Virus record (IMG/VR): IMGVR_UViG_3300011335_000405
Span: 1-49,070 of that record
Length of the DNA: 49,070 nt
From: a virus
Taxonomy: Duplodnaviria > Caudoviricetes
Reading direction: 5' to 3' (one strand)
Below the pieces are notes generated by a model, which had not been told where the DNA came from, searched no databases, and saw only the letters and a program-made list of their open reading frames with translations. This document shows positions 25,705 through 35,392 of this stretch, in pieces. The first letter of the stretch is position 1. The number at the start of each line of letters is the position of its first letter. The position numbers were made by a program, and so were the translations under genes.

Positions 25705-27699
25705 TTAATTCACGATATTGTAGTTCCAATATTTTTCTTGGCAACACAAAAATGGTTCACACTCTTGATTTTCTTCTGGGCAGTCACCAACTGGAGAGTC
25801 ATCGTTATTTTTGATGTTTGCCATTAACCTTACCCGGTCAACTGTAGCCGCTCCGGTTAGGTTAACTTTGATTTGGAACTCACTTCCCTCTACTGACGGG
25901 ATGCCTGCCAAGTCATTGCACTCACTTGGATCAGGAGTGTTAAACTTATAGCGTTTGTAGCGATTACCCCCTCGTTGCGGGAAGCATTCAGTTACTACTG
26001 GTGAACATGGATTACATCCGAATGTCGTAGGAACTTTTAATTGTGACCAGCATGGATTGGAGTCAGCGCGGAAATCAACATAGCTATCTACTGTTCCTTT
26101 AATCTCACTCATCCACATTTCTCCACCAGTAATTTTTTTGCGGAGGAACTTGTTCGTCGCCCCGCTTCGGTTGAAGTCATACCTGCCAGTGGTGAAGAAG
26201 GAATCAATCTGCCTTGTTCCATTCGGGCCATAATCGTCGCCTTGTGCAGTAGTGAATTCGTAGAGTCGGTTCTTATTATCTTTATCAAACGAAAATCCGA
26301 ATCCACGCTTTTCACCTTGGATTAATGCTGTGAGTAGTTGAGTAGGTCTAAAGCCCGTCCAGATGCCGTTCCAGCGAAAAGAAAGCTGTGCGTCTGGTGC
26401 GGGTGAAGATGATTGGTCAAGATCAAGAACCACCATTCCCCTATGATAGCGATTCAATCCTTCTACCCCTGCCGCACGATAAGTTTGTGGAGCTACTGTG
26501 CTGATGAGGTAATTGTCGAAAAACATTGTAGAAGCAAATTGCTTCAGCCAAGGAGTATCATTCGTAACCCACTTGTTTACTTCCCTCGAAAGTTTACGAA
26601 GTGAGAAGTATCGTGCGAACTCAGATTGGCTATTTGAGTAGAATGCCCAACCATCGTGTGACCTAAACCAAAGTTCAGAGTTTGCCAATCCTAAGTATGG
26701 ACTTGTGCATCCGCGCCCAAGGAGTGAGATGCGCTGGATGTTAGATGTATTCCATTGGCTTCTTGGTATAGACACATCCATTGAGAATGCTCCGTTACCA
26801 GTTAGGACTACAAGCTCACCTTGGCCGCGAAGGTTGGTTCCAATCTGTGGCATTACTTTCATGCCAGTGATATTCCCCATCATCGCTGGAGTAGAGAACG
26901 CGCCACCTTCTGCCCAATATCCTATCTCTGTGAAGTTCTCGGTATTCTTGGTGTCGGTAAATCCTCCACCATAGATAATGTCAGATGCGTAGATTTGATT
27001 GAACTTGTCAGAGACGAAAACTCGCCCGAAAGCATACTCCATCACAGTTCCAATCGGCATTTTGGCGAGGTATGGATTCAAACGATAGGCAGGTATTTTA
27101 ACTGTGCCATCTCCAGTTCCGCTTCCGGTTGCCGTGAATTTTATTCCAACTGTATTTGATGGCGCACCAATCAACATGAAGTTTGTAGTGCCAACCGAAA
27201 CAATCTCGCAATAGTCTTGGTTTTGAATCTCACTTGCTGTCAGTGTTCCCAATATTCCATCCCACGCTATCGCATTCTGGTATCCGTTTTGGATATAGGC
27301 CCGATCTTCAGCTTGCACGAAGAATGTGTGCATCATACCGGGATCGTTACCTTCGATGAGTTTGTATGCGAATGCCTGATTATTTACGATCTTTAGAAAG
27401 TAGATAATCCCCGATACCGATAGTAGCATACCATCGCTTGTTCTGTAGTTAGTCGCCCGATATGGATACGCTCCTTGGAAGCTGCCACTAAGAATATCGT
27501 TAACGATAGTCTCCGATTGCCCCGCTCCAGCAAGAATTGGAATATTCCGAATACTTGGTCTTGTCCTATTTATTCCACCTCGGAATGTCCTATTAACCGA
27601 CTCTGCTACTACAGACTCTGGTAAATACGATGGGTGAGTATCTGCGTCTTGCGCAATGATACTTGTGAACCCATCAAAGACTGATCCTTCGGCTGGCAT
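25705..27699 (-). CDS. Tail nozzle / tail tubular protein B-like
   Basis: 664-aa beta-rich protein in podovirus tail position. Confidence 0.6.
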   Translation of the reverse strand: MPAEGSVFDGFTSIIAQDADTHPSYLPESVVAESVNRTFRGGINRTRPSIRNIPILAGAGQSETIVNDILSGSFQGAYPYRATNYRTSDGMLLSVSGIIYFLKIVNNQAFAYKLIEGNDPGMMHTFFVQAEDRAYIQNGYQNAIAWDGILGTLTASEIQNQDYCEIVSVGTTNFMLIGAPSNTVGIKFTATGSGTGDGTVKIPAYRLNPYLAKMPIGTVMEYAFGRVFVSDKFNQIYASDIIYGGGFTDTKNTENFTEIGYWAEGGAFSTPAMMGNITGMKVMPQIGTNLRGQGELVVLTGNGAFSMDVSIPRSQWNTSNIQRISLLGRGCTSPYLGLANSELWFRSHDGWAFYSNSQSEFARYFSLRKLSREVNKWVTNDTPWLKQFASTMFFDNYLISTVAPQTYRAAGVEGLNRYHRGMVVLDLDQSSSPAPDAQLSFRWNGIWTGFRPTQLLTALIQGEKRGFGFSFDKDNKNRLYEFTTAQGDDYGPNGTRQIDSFFTTGRYDFNRSGATNKFLRKKITGGEMWMSEIKGTVDSYVDFRADSNPCWSQLKVPTTFGCNPCSPVVTECFPQRGGNRYKRYKFNTPDPSECNDLAGIPSVEGSEFQIKVNLTGAATVDRVRLMANIKNNDDSPVGDCPEENQECEPFLCCQEKYWNYNIVN
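27494..27509. repeat. Dispersed palindrome copy, outer mismatches (ATATCGTTAACGATAG)
   Basis: 14-bp perfect core TATCGTTAACGATA. Confidence 0.85.
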
Positions 27700-28598
27700 T
27701 ATGCGTTGACACTTTTAACTACAATGAATCGTAGGTATAAATTTTCAGCTAATGCGACTGCTGTAATGTTGCGAATTGTGACATTGGCATAGCCTGCATC
27801 TGGAGCTGCTGCAAAGTTGTATGAACCAAGCGATCCTCCAGATACATGACTCACAAGCACAATGTCGGTAGCGTCGATAACCGAATTGAACAAAGTGAAT
27901 GTGACAGAGGTATCGGCAGCGAGGCTTGCGCTGTTTATCATAATAAGTCCAGTAGGACGATTAAGTGTTACGGATGTTGATTTTGATATAGCTTGGTTGC
28001 CAGACCCACCAGCACCAGTATTATATCCAATCTTGGATGAGTTTCCAGTAGCGAGAATTGTGCTGTTTGATGCAATTGTGCTATTCACAATCAACGCGCC
28101 AGTCATCGTATCTCCAGCTTTGTTGAGCTTAAGTGCATCAGCGGCATCAACGTATTGCTTAGTTGTCGCTTGAAGATTTGTAGTTGGATTTGCCGCTAAA
28201 GTTACACTCGCTGCTGTTACTACTCCAGTAGCAGTTACGCTTGCTGCTGTAATAGCTCCAGTTGATGCAAGTGAACCAACGCTAACCACTCCAGTAGTAG
28301 TCAATGATTGGATACCAAGATCAACTGGGCCAGATTGGAGAACGCTATTAAGCGTAGCAAACTCAACTTTACCAGTAGAATCTTTTCCAAGAATTGTGCT
28401 GTTGTCTCCATTAGTCCAAGTCAGATTACCAGCACCATCAGTCTTCAAAACTTGTTGGGCAACTGGACTCTGAATTGTCTTTTGACAGGCAGCAGAGTCT
28501 TCTACTACCAATCGTTTTCCATTGGCAGTTGTTTCAAGTGGTTCACACAACAACGGAAAGTTCGTGTCGCATGGTGGGCAAGGTGTGCAGTAGCTCAT
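27699..28598 (-). CDS. Tail fibre-like protein
   Basis: Cys-rich N-terminus, ATTKQYVD and KAGDTMTGAL fibre motifs. Confidence 0.65.
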   Translation of the reverse strand: MSYCTPCPPCDTNFPLLCEPLETTANGKRLVVEDSAACQKTIQSPVAQQVLKTDGAGNLTWTNGDNSTILGKDSTGKVEFATLNSVLQSGPVDLGIQSLTTTGVVSVGSLASTGAITAASVTATGVVTAASVTLAANPTTNLQATTKQYVDAADALKLNKAGDTMTGALIVNSTIASNSTILATGNSSKIGYNTGAGGSGNQAISKSTSVTLNRPTGLIMINSASLAADTSVTFTLFNSVIDATDIVLVSHVSGGSLGSYNFAAAPDAGYANVTIRNITAVALAENLYLRFIVVKSVNA

Positions 28599-28601
28599 AA
28601 A

Positions 28602-30419
28602 TTATGTTAATCTTCCAGTTTCATACCAAGATGATCCAGATGAAGAATCTTCTTTTCGCAAATACAATCTATTCCCGGTTGTCATAGAAAAATTTACTCC
28701 ACCTTGCAGCCTAATATCTGCGTTGTGTTGTATGATTGTATTTCCATTGGTTGATTCAATATCTATAGTTTGTCCAGCAAATCCATCAATAAAATTTGTA
28801 ATTGTTGTTGATGTTGAATTTGCAAAATAACACAATCCTTCTTGCGCTCCACTAACACTTGGAGTTGCAGAATTTACTTCAAGTAATTTTCTTTCCCATG
28901 CTGCTGATTTATTTCCTTGAATTGCAATTTGTTGACCATAAATTCTTGGATTATCAAGTAAAATTGGGATTGAAATATCATCAAATGTGTTTCCAAGAAT
29001 ATCACAATCAGAAGCCCCGCCTTCAATCCAAATAGCATTTGTGGCATTTTCAAATGTATTTCCTACGATTCTTGTTTTAACCGAATCAGTTAATGGAGCA
29101 ACTGTGTTTTCTACGCGAATAGAATTATCAATTGCAAATCCGGGATAAAATGCATTTCCACTAACTGTTATTTGATTACAGTTTTCTAAAAATATATTTC
29201 TAAATGAATTTTTAAGAAAAAGATTTCCAGAAACAATTGCTTTACCAATACTTTTAAAATGCAACCCAATATCATTTATTGGTAAACTTAGTGGGCTTTC
29301 AAATTTATTATTTATTATTCTATGCCTTCCTCTTGATGCAGATGGGTCTGTTGTATTTTCAATATATATATTCCCACCATTAATATCTGTTCCTGATCCA
29401 ACGCCATGATAAAAATCTACTCCGCTAATATTTATAGCGTCCCAATTTATTGTTTTAATATTCCATTCTTTTGAGTTTATATGAATATCTTTTATATCAA
29501 TCAATGGGTTATATCCAACAGGTGAAGTAGGAAGTAATGACGAAGATGAATCTGCAAATACTCCAATTTGTGATCCTACAATTTCACCTTTTGAAATCAT
29601 CAACATTTCAACGCAACCTGTTTGGTGTATTCCATATAACCCACCTTGGAAAAAAAGATTTTGCATCAACACGGCAAATGAAGATGGATTATTGGAGTAA
29701 TCCAATCGGATATGTGTTTGAATATTTGAATTTACTGCCCAAGATTTTATATTTGTAATCGTAGATTGCGATGCGTTTTTAATATAAATTGAATTATCCC
29801 ACCAATTAGTTGCTCCATTTTCACTATTAGGAAAAAATACTAAATTTTCAAAATGGCAACATGGTCTTGCTAACATATTTTCTGGCCAAATAGCCTTAAT
29901 CGCAGACCCCGCACCAGAACCCGTTTTAGCACTTAAAAACCTAATTCCTTTAATTGTTATAAAATCAGCAGTTGCACCTAATTTTCTACCATTAAAAACA
30001 AACAAATCAGTCCCAGAAGATTTTATAATATTTGTTACTTTTTCATTTTCTCCAACTATTGTTAAAGAATTATTACTATAAGTAAGAGTTGTGTTTACAA
30101 GGTAATTTCCAGCAGGAATAAAAAGAGTTCCACCATTTGATCTTGATTGAATTAGATTCAAAGCATTTTGAAATGCCGTTGAGGAGTCAACTACTCCAGT
30201 AGGATCGGCACCAAAATCCAGCACATTGACCACATCAGCAAAGCGATTAGCCAATGTCCTTGCCGTAGTCGATCCAGTTGACGTGACGCTGGAGCTATTC
30301 AGCCCTACAAAGCTGTTTGCCGTCACCACGCCAGCGTTGCTCACAGTCATCTGGTCAACGCCACCTACCCCGATGATTGCCTGTGTTCCGTCTGTGGATG
30401 CTTTAAAATTTGCGCTCAT
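28602..30419 (-). CDS. Tailspike, pectate-lyase-like beta-helix depolymerase
   Basis: VNVLDFGADPTGVVDSSTAFQNAL...GGTLFIPAGNY, then beta-helix repeats. Confidence 0.85.
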   Translation of the reverse strand: MSANFKASTDGTQAIIGVGGVDQMTVSNAGVVTANSFVGLNSSSVTSTGSTTARTLANRFADVVNVLDFGADPTGVVDSSTAFQNALNLIQSRSNGGTLFIPAGNYLVNTTLTYSNNSLTIVGENEKVTNIIKSSGTDLFVFNGRKLGATADFITIKGIRFLSAKTGSGAGSAIKAIWPENMLARPCCHFENLVFFPNSENGATNWWDNSIYIKNASQSTITNIKSWAVNSNIQTHIRLDYSNNPSSFAVLMQNLFFQGGLYGIHQTGCVEMLMISKGEIVGSQIGVFADSSSSLLPTSPVGYNPLIDIKDIHINSKEWNIKTINWDAINISGVDFYHGVGSGTDINGGNIYIENTTDPSASRGRHRIINNKFESPLSLPINDIGLHFKSIGKAIVSGNLFLKNSFRNIFLENCNQITVSGNAFYPGFAIDNSIRVENTVAPLTDSVKTRIVGNTFENATNAIWIEGGASDCDILGNTFDDISIPILLDNPRIYGQQIAIQGNKSAAWERKLLEVNSATPSVSGAQEGLCYFANSTSTTITNFIDGFAGQTIDIESTNGNTIIQHNADIRLQGGVNFSMTTGNRLYLRKEDSSSGSSWYETGRLT

Positions 30420-30565
30420 GGTTTATTCTTCTTGTTTTGGGTTTTTAGCTTGTTCAAGAAGTTTTTTGTATTCTTCTAATTGTTTAGCAAGCATATCACG
30501 AACTGGTTTGCGCACTTCATCAATATTTGGTTTTTCCACGTTTTGTATATTTTCGTTTTCCATAA

Positions 30566-32062
30566 TTAAGGTGTATTGTGAAGTGTTAATGCTAAAACAT
30601 ATTCTCCAGCAGGGACTATTCCTGTAGCTATAACTCGTAATGCGATTTGATTTGGATATGGAGTTTCACCGCCGGGACTACCTATGCCCGGAGTTGAATT
30701 TTCTACTGCATATTGAACATACATTGGATCAAACCAGTATGGTTCAACCCTAACAACAGGATTGTAATTTGTTGTAAGAGCATGATAGCAATACAATGTT
30801 TGAAATGTTCCAGATGTCCATCCGCCAGCAGGAACAGTAAATTTCAAAAATGTTCTATTTGCAGAAAGTGATACTCCACCATTAAATGTAGATCGAGAAT
30901 TAATTGTAGTATTTAATGGTATTGCAGGAAAAATACCAGAAAGCATTGCAGCGCGAGCCCATCCACTAGATACATTTATTATTTGGTTGCCAATTCCACT
31001 TAATTGGTTTTTTGAATATATTAAATTGGCAGAAAATGCTAATCTGTATAATCCGCCATTTCCACTTCCTTTGATATATGCCAAATCGCACCCATCAAAA
31101 AATGTTTCGCATCTAACAGTGAATCTTGCTGGAGGTAATTGTGGTTCTCCATAAATTCCTATTGATGCCGTTGTATTTGGATCAATTGCTCCGACTTCAA
31201 TAAGCGTATCATCCCATGTAAGATTCAATCCTAACGATCCATTATTTACATCATAAAAATGAATGCCATATTTTACATTAAGAATAATATTACCTTTAAT
31301 AATATTACCTTGAAACAATGTTCCAGAAATTGTTGTAGCAAGATGATTGAATTTTATTCCAGCACCAGAGCAACCATTGATAGTGTTGAAATTTATATTA
31401 TTGTCTGCACAAACTTTATTCGTATCACTAATTTGCAATACTAATCCATTAGCGGCAAGTGCAATATTTGAAAAATGAATAGTAGCGAATGAAGCTCCAT
31501 CCAATACAAGTCCATTTGCTCCTCCAACAATTTGCGGCAAATAAAATGCTGAAGTTGCAGTATAATTTCCTGCTGGAATTGTTACTGTGTTTATTGATGC
31601 TCCAGCGGTAATAATTGCTCCAGTATTGCAGGTGCAACCGCATTTCAAAATAATTCCAGATACAGTTCTAAAATTTCCACTTGGAAAATAAATGGATGAA
31701 CCAATTGAGAAAGCATAGTCAATTGCAGCTTGAATTGCGGCAGTGTCATCTGCAATATTATTTCCAATCGCTCCGAAGTCTTTGATGTTTACTGGATCAG
31801 CAAAGCGATTAGCCAGCGAACGAGCGGTTGTGCTTCCAGTCGCAATCGCGGTCGAGCTTGAAATGTTTCCAGATGGGATTGTTCCAGCAAACGAAACATT
31901 GCCCAAAGCATCTACGCTAATCACATCCTGCGTAGTTGCGCCAGCATTGCCCCGTGCCAGCTTAATCGTGCCGTCTGGTGACGATGGCACTGCCAGAGTG
32001 AAGTTCTGCGTTGCTGTCGGTGATTGTCCTACTTGGACTGCGTTTGCTTTGATGAGACTCAT
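30566..32062 (-). CDS. Second tailspike, pectate-lyase-like beta-helix
   Basis: VNIKDFGAIGNNIADDTAAIQAAID...IYFPSGNF. Confidence 0.85.
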   Translation of the reverse strand: MSLIKANAVQVGQSPTATQNFTLAVPSSPDGTIKLARGNAGATTQDVISVDALGNVSFAGTIPSGNISSSTAIATGSTTARSLANRFADPVNIKDFGAIGNNIADDTAAIQAAIDYAFSIGSSIYFPSGNFRTVSGIILKCGCTCNTGAIITAGASINTVTIPAGNYTATSAFYLPQIVGGANGLVLDGASFATIHFSNIALAANGLVLQISDTNKVCADNNINFNTINGCSGAGIKFNHLATTISGTLFQGNIIKGNIILNVKYGIHFYDVNNGSLGLNLTWDDTLIEVGAIDPNTTASIGIYGEPQLPPARFTVRCETFFDGCDLAYIKGSGNGGLYRLAFSANLIYSKNQLSGIGNQIINVSSGWARAAMLSGIFPAIPLNTTINSRSTFNGGVSLSANRTFLKFTVPAGGWTSGTFQTLYCYHALTTNYNPVVRVEPYWFDPMYVQYAVENSTPGIGSPGGETPYPNQIALRVIATGIVPAGEYVLALTLHNTP

Positions 32063-32364
32063 ACAATTGTATATGTGCTGCCTGATGGCACTGTTAAAGT
32101 GACTCCGGGGTTTACTGTGATTGGCCCTGCTGACATTGCGTTGCGTCCAGTTGTGATCGTGTAATCAGTTACCATTACTGAATCATTCTCGTAGAATACT
32201 CCGAAGGTATTCCCACCAGTTGGAGCCTTGCCGCCAGTTGTGCCTCCAGCGGCTTCAACTGCAATACGAGCATAGTAAGCTGCACGATTTACAATCTCAT
32301 TCAATGCTGCCTCACTTGGGCCGCACGGATTGCATTTTGAACTTCTGGAATTTCCGCAACTCAT
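32059..32364 (-). CDS. Tail-associated protein
   Basis: FYEND...NAMSAGPITV...VTLTVPSGS motif; Cys-rich N-terminus. Confidence 0.65.
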   Translation of the reverse strand: MSCGNSRSSKCNPCGPSEAALNEIVNRAAYYARIAVEAAGGTTGGKAPTGGNTFGVFYENDSVMVTDYTITTGRNAMSAGPITVNPGVTLTVPSGSTYTIV

Positions 32365-32368
32365 AGTT

Positions 32369-32384
32369 TTATCGTTAACGATAG
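32369..32384. repeat. Dispersed palindrome copy, 1 mismatch (TTATCGTTAACGATAG)
   Basis: 4 nt upstream of ATG 32364; TTGACA on - strand at 32399-32394. Confidence 0.9.
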
Positions 32385-32402
32385 TTAGATTTTTGTCAAT
32401 GA

Positions 32403-33296
32403 TTATTTAGCTTCTATAATTTCGTATTCAAAGATTCTTTTGTCTTTTTCATATCTATCAAAATAAAATCTAATCCAATATGCTCCTGTTGGTTTAGGTG
32501 GCCCACCCCGTTCAACGTGCCATCCCCCATATCCATCTGTAAATTCTTCTTTGTATCCACCAACTTTGATATGAGTTTGGCGAAACTGTTCAATAACATC
32601 AGCAGTATTTAATTTGATTCTTTGAATTGGAACCTGCCATGAATCGTGTGTATGCCCGGTTAAAACAAAGTCAGCATCAGCAACATACACAGCTTGTCGG
32701 TTTGTTTGGATAACTCCGCGAGTTACTGGGCCGCCGCCACCACTTCCATGAAAATACCAAAGTTTGTATAATTGAATGCCACCTGCTTTGCCGTTTGTTT
32801 TGCTACTATAAATTGAGAATTTGATAAATCCAGAGTATCCACCTCTGCGCGCAATCCCACCATTGCTTCTCAGTCTTTCAACTAATCTTTCACCAAGATC
32901 AGTTTCATGGTTTTTCTGAATAGCACTTTCATGATTCCCTGCTGCTCTTACAGTAAGTATTTTTTTATATGGATCAAGAAATTTCGCAGCAGTTTCAACT
33001 AACGAATCCAAGTAATTTCCAGTTGCGTGTTCTGGGCGCAAATCTTTTTTGTTGCTTCTCTTGTCATACTTACCCTGCATCGCACAAAAGAAATCTCCCG
33101 CATCAATTACAGGAGCATTTCGCTCCAATGCTAAATCTAAATGCTTTTTTAATTTTGCTCTATCACATTTGGGATTATCCCAGTGAACATCGCTCTGAAG
33201 CAATACCCATTGTTCATCTCCAACTTTTGCAAGATGTATTTCAATGGTATGGACATTTCTGCTTATTTCTTTAAAATTCCATTTTGATGTTTTCAT
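32403..33296 (-). CDS. Calcineurin-like metallophosphoesterase
   Basis: SDVHWD, AGDFF, GNHE, FHG, GHTH motifs. Confidence 0.9.
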   Translation of the reverse strand: MKTSKWNFKEISRNVHTIEIHLAKVGDEQWVLLQSDVHWDNPKCDRAKLKKHLDLALERNAPVIDAGDFFCAMQGKYDKRSNKKDLRPEHATGNYLDSLVETAAKFLDPYKKILTVRAAGNHESAIQKNHETDLGERLVERLRSNGGIARRGGYSGFIKFSIYSSKTNGKAGGIQLYKLWYFHGSGGGGPVTRGVIQTNRQAVYVADADFVLTGHTHDSWQVPIQRIKLNTADVIEQFRQTHIKVGGYKEEFTDGYGGWHVERGGPPKPTGAYWIRFYFDRYEKDKRIFEYEIIEAK

Positions 33297-33299
33297 ATT

Positions 33300-33315
33300 T
33301 TATCGGTTACGATAA
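33300..33315. repeat. Dispersed palindrome copy (TTATCGGTTACGATAA)
   Basis: Perfect arms; contains lysin stop codon, 3 nt before ATG 33296. Confidence 0.95.
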
Positions 33316-33846
33316 TTCTGTTAGAAGATATGGAATTGTTTTTTGATTGTATCTATTCATTTCTGAATAAACGAGGTTAATGAATCCGTCCCATTGTGGT
33401 GGGTAGATTGTTTGACAACCTTCAGAGGAAGTCGATTTGTAACTGCCCTTGTGAATGTTGATAGCGATGCCCATATCATCTCCAGTAATGTCTCGCGTGA
33501 CTGGCAACTCTTCTTTTGCGTTAGCAGGTCGCAACGCTGGATAGCCGCCTCCGGGCTTGCTGATGCCATGATTCCCTTTACGAAACCTATGAACACCCGT
33601 TTTAAGCACCGCAATACCTTTTTTAAAAACCGAAGGATCAGTATTAGCATTAAATGTAGCGTGAACGCTTGGTGATAATAATATAATCGCATCGTCGTAT
33701 ATGCCGCGATTATTTCCTGATGGAGCAAATGTTTCAGAATAATACCCTCTAATCCCTACCAGAGCGACACGATCTTCAATCCTTGCTTTGATTACCATTG
33801 CAAGGGTTTTTTCTTTTGACTGCTGCGGTCTGGAATTTGGAACCAT
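33307..33846 (-). CDS. Putative endolysin (L,D-transpeptidase/YkuD-like His-Cys catalytic motif)
   Basis: INIHKG...SEGCQ; adjacent to holin-like and lipoprotein genes. Confidence 0.6.
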   Translation of the reverse strand: MVPNSRPQQSKEKTLAMVIKARIEDRVALVGIRGYYSETFAPSGNNRGIYDDAIILLSPSVHATFNANTDPSVFKKGIAVLKTGVHRFRKGNHGISKPGGGYPALRPANAKEELPVTRDITGDDMGIAINIHKGSYKSTSSEGCQTIYPPQWDGFINLVYSEMNRYNQKTIPYLLTELS

Positions 33847-34016
33847 TAACCTTTGCGGATTACATTAATAAGTCCAACAAGTCCAAGTCCAGCAATAAGA
33901 ATTGCTTCTTGAAGTTCTGGCTCAAGTTTAACTCCGACTGCCGTAGCAATCAGAATCAATCCGCGCCATGTCGAGTTTTCACTTAGTTTTTCAAGTAGTG
34001 TATTTACGATTTTCAT
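33846..34016 (-). CDS. Holin-like membrane protein, 56 aa (not in ORF track)
   Basis: LSENSTWRGLILIATAVGV...ILIAGLGLVGLINVIRKG; two hydrophobic segments. Confidence 0.7.
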   Translation of the reverse strand: MKIVNTLLEKLSENSTWRGLILIATAVGVKLEPELQEAILIAGLGLVGLINVIRKG

Positions 34017-34171
34017 TTTTTTGTTCCTTTCGGTTCGGGCAGTTCATATGTGAACATTCCGTAGTCTGTCTGTAGGGAAATTCCAAGAGTCGTGCAACTT
34101 GTTAGGAATGCCATCGCAAGAAAAACAAACGAAATTAAGATAAGTCCAAATGCGATTTTTTCTGGTTTCAT
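34013..34171 (-). CDS. Small lipoprotein, spanin-like, 52 aa (not in ORF track)
   Basis: Signal peptide with lipobox LTSC. Confidence 0.55.
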   Translation of the reverse strand: MKPEKIAFGLILISFVFLAMAFLTSCTTLGISLQTDYGMFTYELPEPKGTKK

Positions 34172-34344
34172 TGTTTACGAATTTTGTTGAACATATAAAC
34201 TATCGTCATAATTCCAGCAATTAGAGAAACAAATAATCCTCCAAGCCGTAAACCAGCTTCAATGTGTGGCATTAAGCTAATCATGAATCCAGTAAAACTT
34301 GTTGTAGTTCCAATAATTCCAGTGAATGTCGTGTTGTCGTTCAT
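34168..34344 (-). CDS. Small membrane protein, holin/antiholin-like, 58 aa (not in ORF track)
   Basis: GLRLGGLFVSLIAGIMTIVYMFNKIRKQ hydrophobic segment plus basic tail. Confidence 0.55.
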   Translation of the reverse strand: MNDNTTFTGIIGTTTSFTGFMISLMPHIEAGLRLGGLFVSLIAGIMTIVYMFNKIRKQ

Positions 34345-34763
34345 CCGTTTAGAATGTTAAATGCTTCTGTGACAGTTTCAGAAAATAAAAATGGTGGGAT
34401 TCCCCAATCTTCTTTTGGTTCATTATTCTGAACGTATTCAGCAAGAATCATATTTGTCCACATTTTAACTGCGTTGAGCTTCTGACTTACCTTACCTGCC
34501 ATTTGAAGTTGTGCAGTGAGGTCAAGAAGCGTTACTAATTGCGTTGGGCCATAACCTTCTTTTTCTAACCAAGCATTTGCTGTATAAGTCACGGGTGCTG
34601 GAATAATCCAATATCCCGGCCCCCATGTTGCGTCTGGCTCAGGTTGTGGAGGAGTAAGCTCATACTCTCCAAGTTTTGGATTGCTTGTTTCTACCCAAAG
34701 ATCAATAGTTTCTTGAGCGATGTCTTGGCGTTGAAATGTTGTTTTTTCGTAATAATTAGGCAT
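34341..34763 (-). CDS. Hypothetical protein (possible fibre chaperone)
   Basis: Position after lectin gene. Confidence 0.6.
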   Translation of the reverse strand: MPNYYEKTTFQRQDIAQETIDLWVETSNPKLGEYELTPPQPEPDATWGPGYWIIPAPVTYTANAWLEKEGYGPTQLVTLLDLTAQLQMAGKVSQKLNAVKMWTNMILAEYVQNNEPKEDWGIPPFLFSETVTEAFNILNG

Positions 34764-35391
34764 AAACTCTTGGATGTTCAGCGACAGTCGCGCCGTTGTT
34801 GTTAGTGATGGTCAGACCACCCTTTTGGTCAAGGAGGTCACGGACGAGAGGGGCGTAAAAAACGAGGGACTGCGGGCGCACCTTGTCGTAGGTCATTCCT
34901 TTGGCGAGGGATGCGATTTCGGCGGTGGTGAGAGCAGCATTCCAGATGCCTACTTCCGCGATGAAACCATTCATGTATGCGGCTAACGATCCATTTAAAC
35001 GGCGACTTCCGATCAAAAGCTCAGTGGCGGCAATCGCTCCGGGTTCGCCACCGCCTGTGGTGGCAGAACTTCCTGCGTTTAAATATACAGTCCTAGACGA
35101 TGTGTTTGGGTAAACAGCGCAACCATGTTGCCATTGGTTTGCCACGAATCCGCTTGATGTTGATGCTCCGATACTACCACTATAAACTGCTTGAACAGGG
35201 TCGCCAGCAGCGGTTCCATTAGCCAACAGTCCCCAATAATTTCCGTTGGCAGGACTCAACACGATTAAAGCTCCAGAACTTGTAATATTGTTTGGGTTAA
35301 ACCAAGCAGCAAGAGTGAATGGTTTTGTAAGTCCATTTATTGGAGCGGGGATGCTCAAATACTGATTAGTGCCATTAAATTCGTAAGCCAT
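34756..35391 (-). CDS. LamG / concanavalin A-like lectin domain protein
   Basis: FTLAAWFN...WQHGCAVY...YMNGFIAEVGIWNAALTTAEI. Confidence 0.85.
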   Translation of the reverse strand: MAYEFNGTNQYLSIPAPINGLTKPFTLAAWFNPNNITSSGALIVLSPANGNYWGLLANGTAAGDPVQAVYSGSIGASTSSGFVANQWQHGCAVYPNTSSRTVYLNAGSSATTGGGEPGAIAATELLIGSRRLNGSLAAYMNGFIAEVGIWNAALTTAEIASLAKGMTYDKVRPQSLVFYAPLVRDLLDQKGGLTITNNNGATVAEHPRVYA

Positions 35392-35392
35392 A

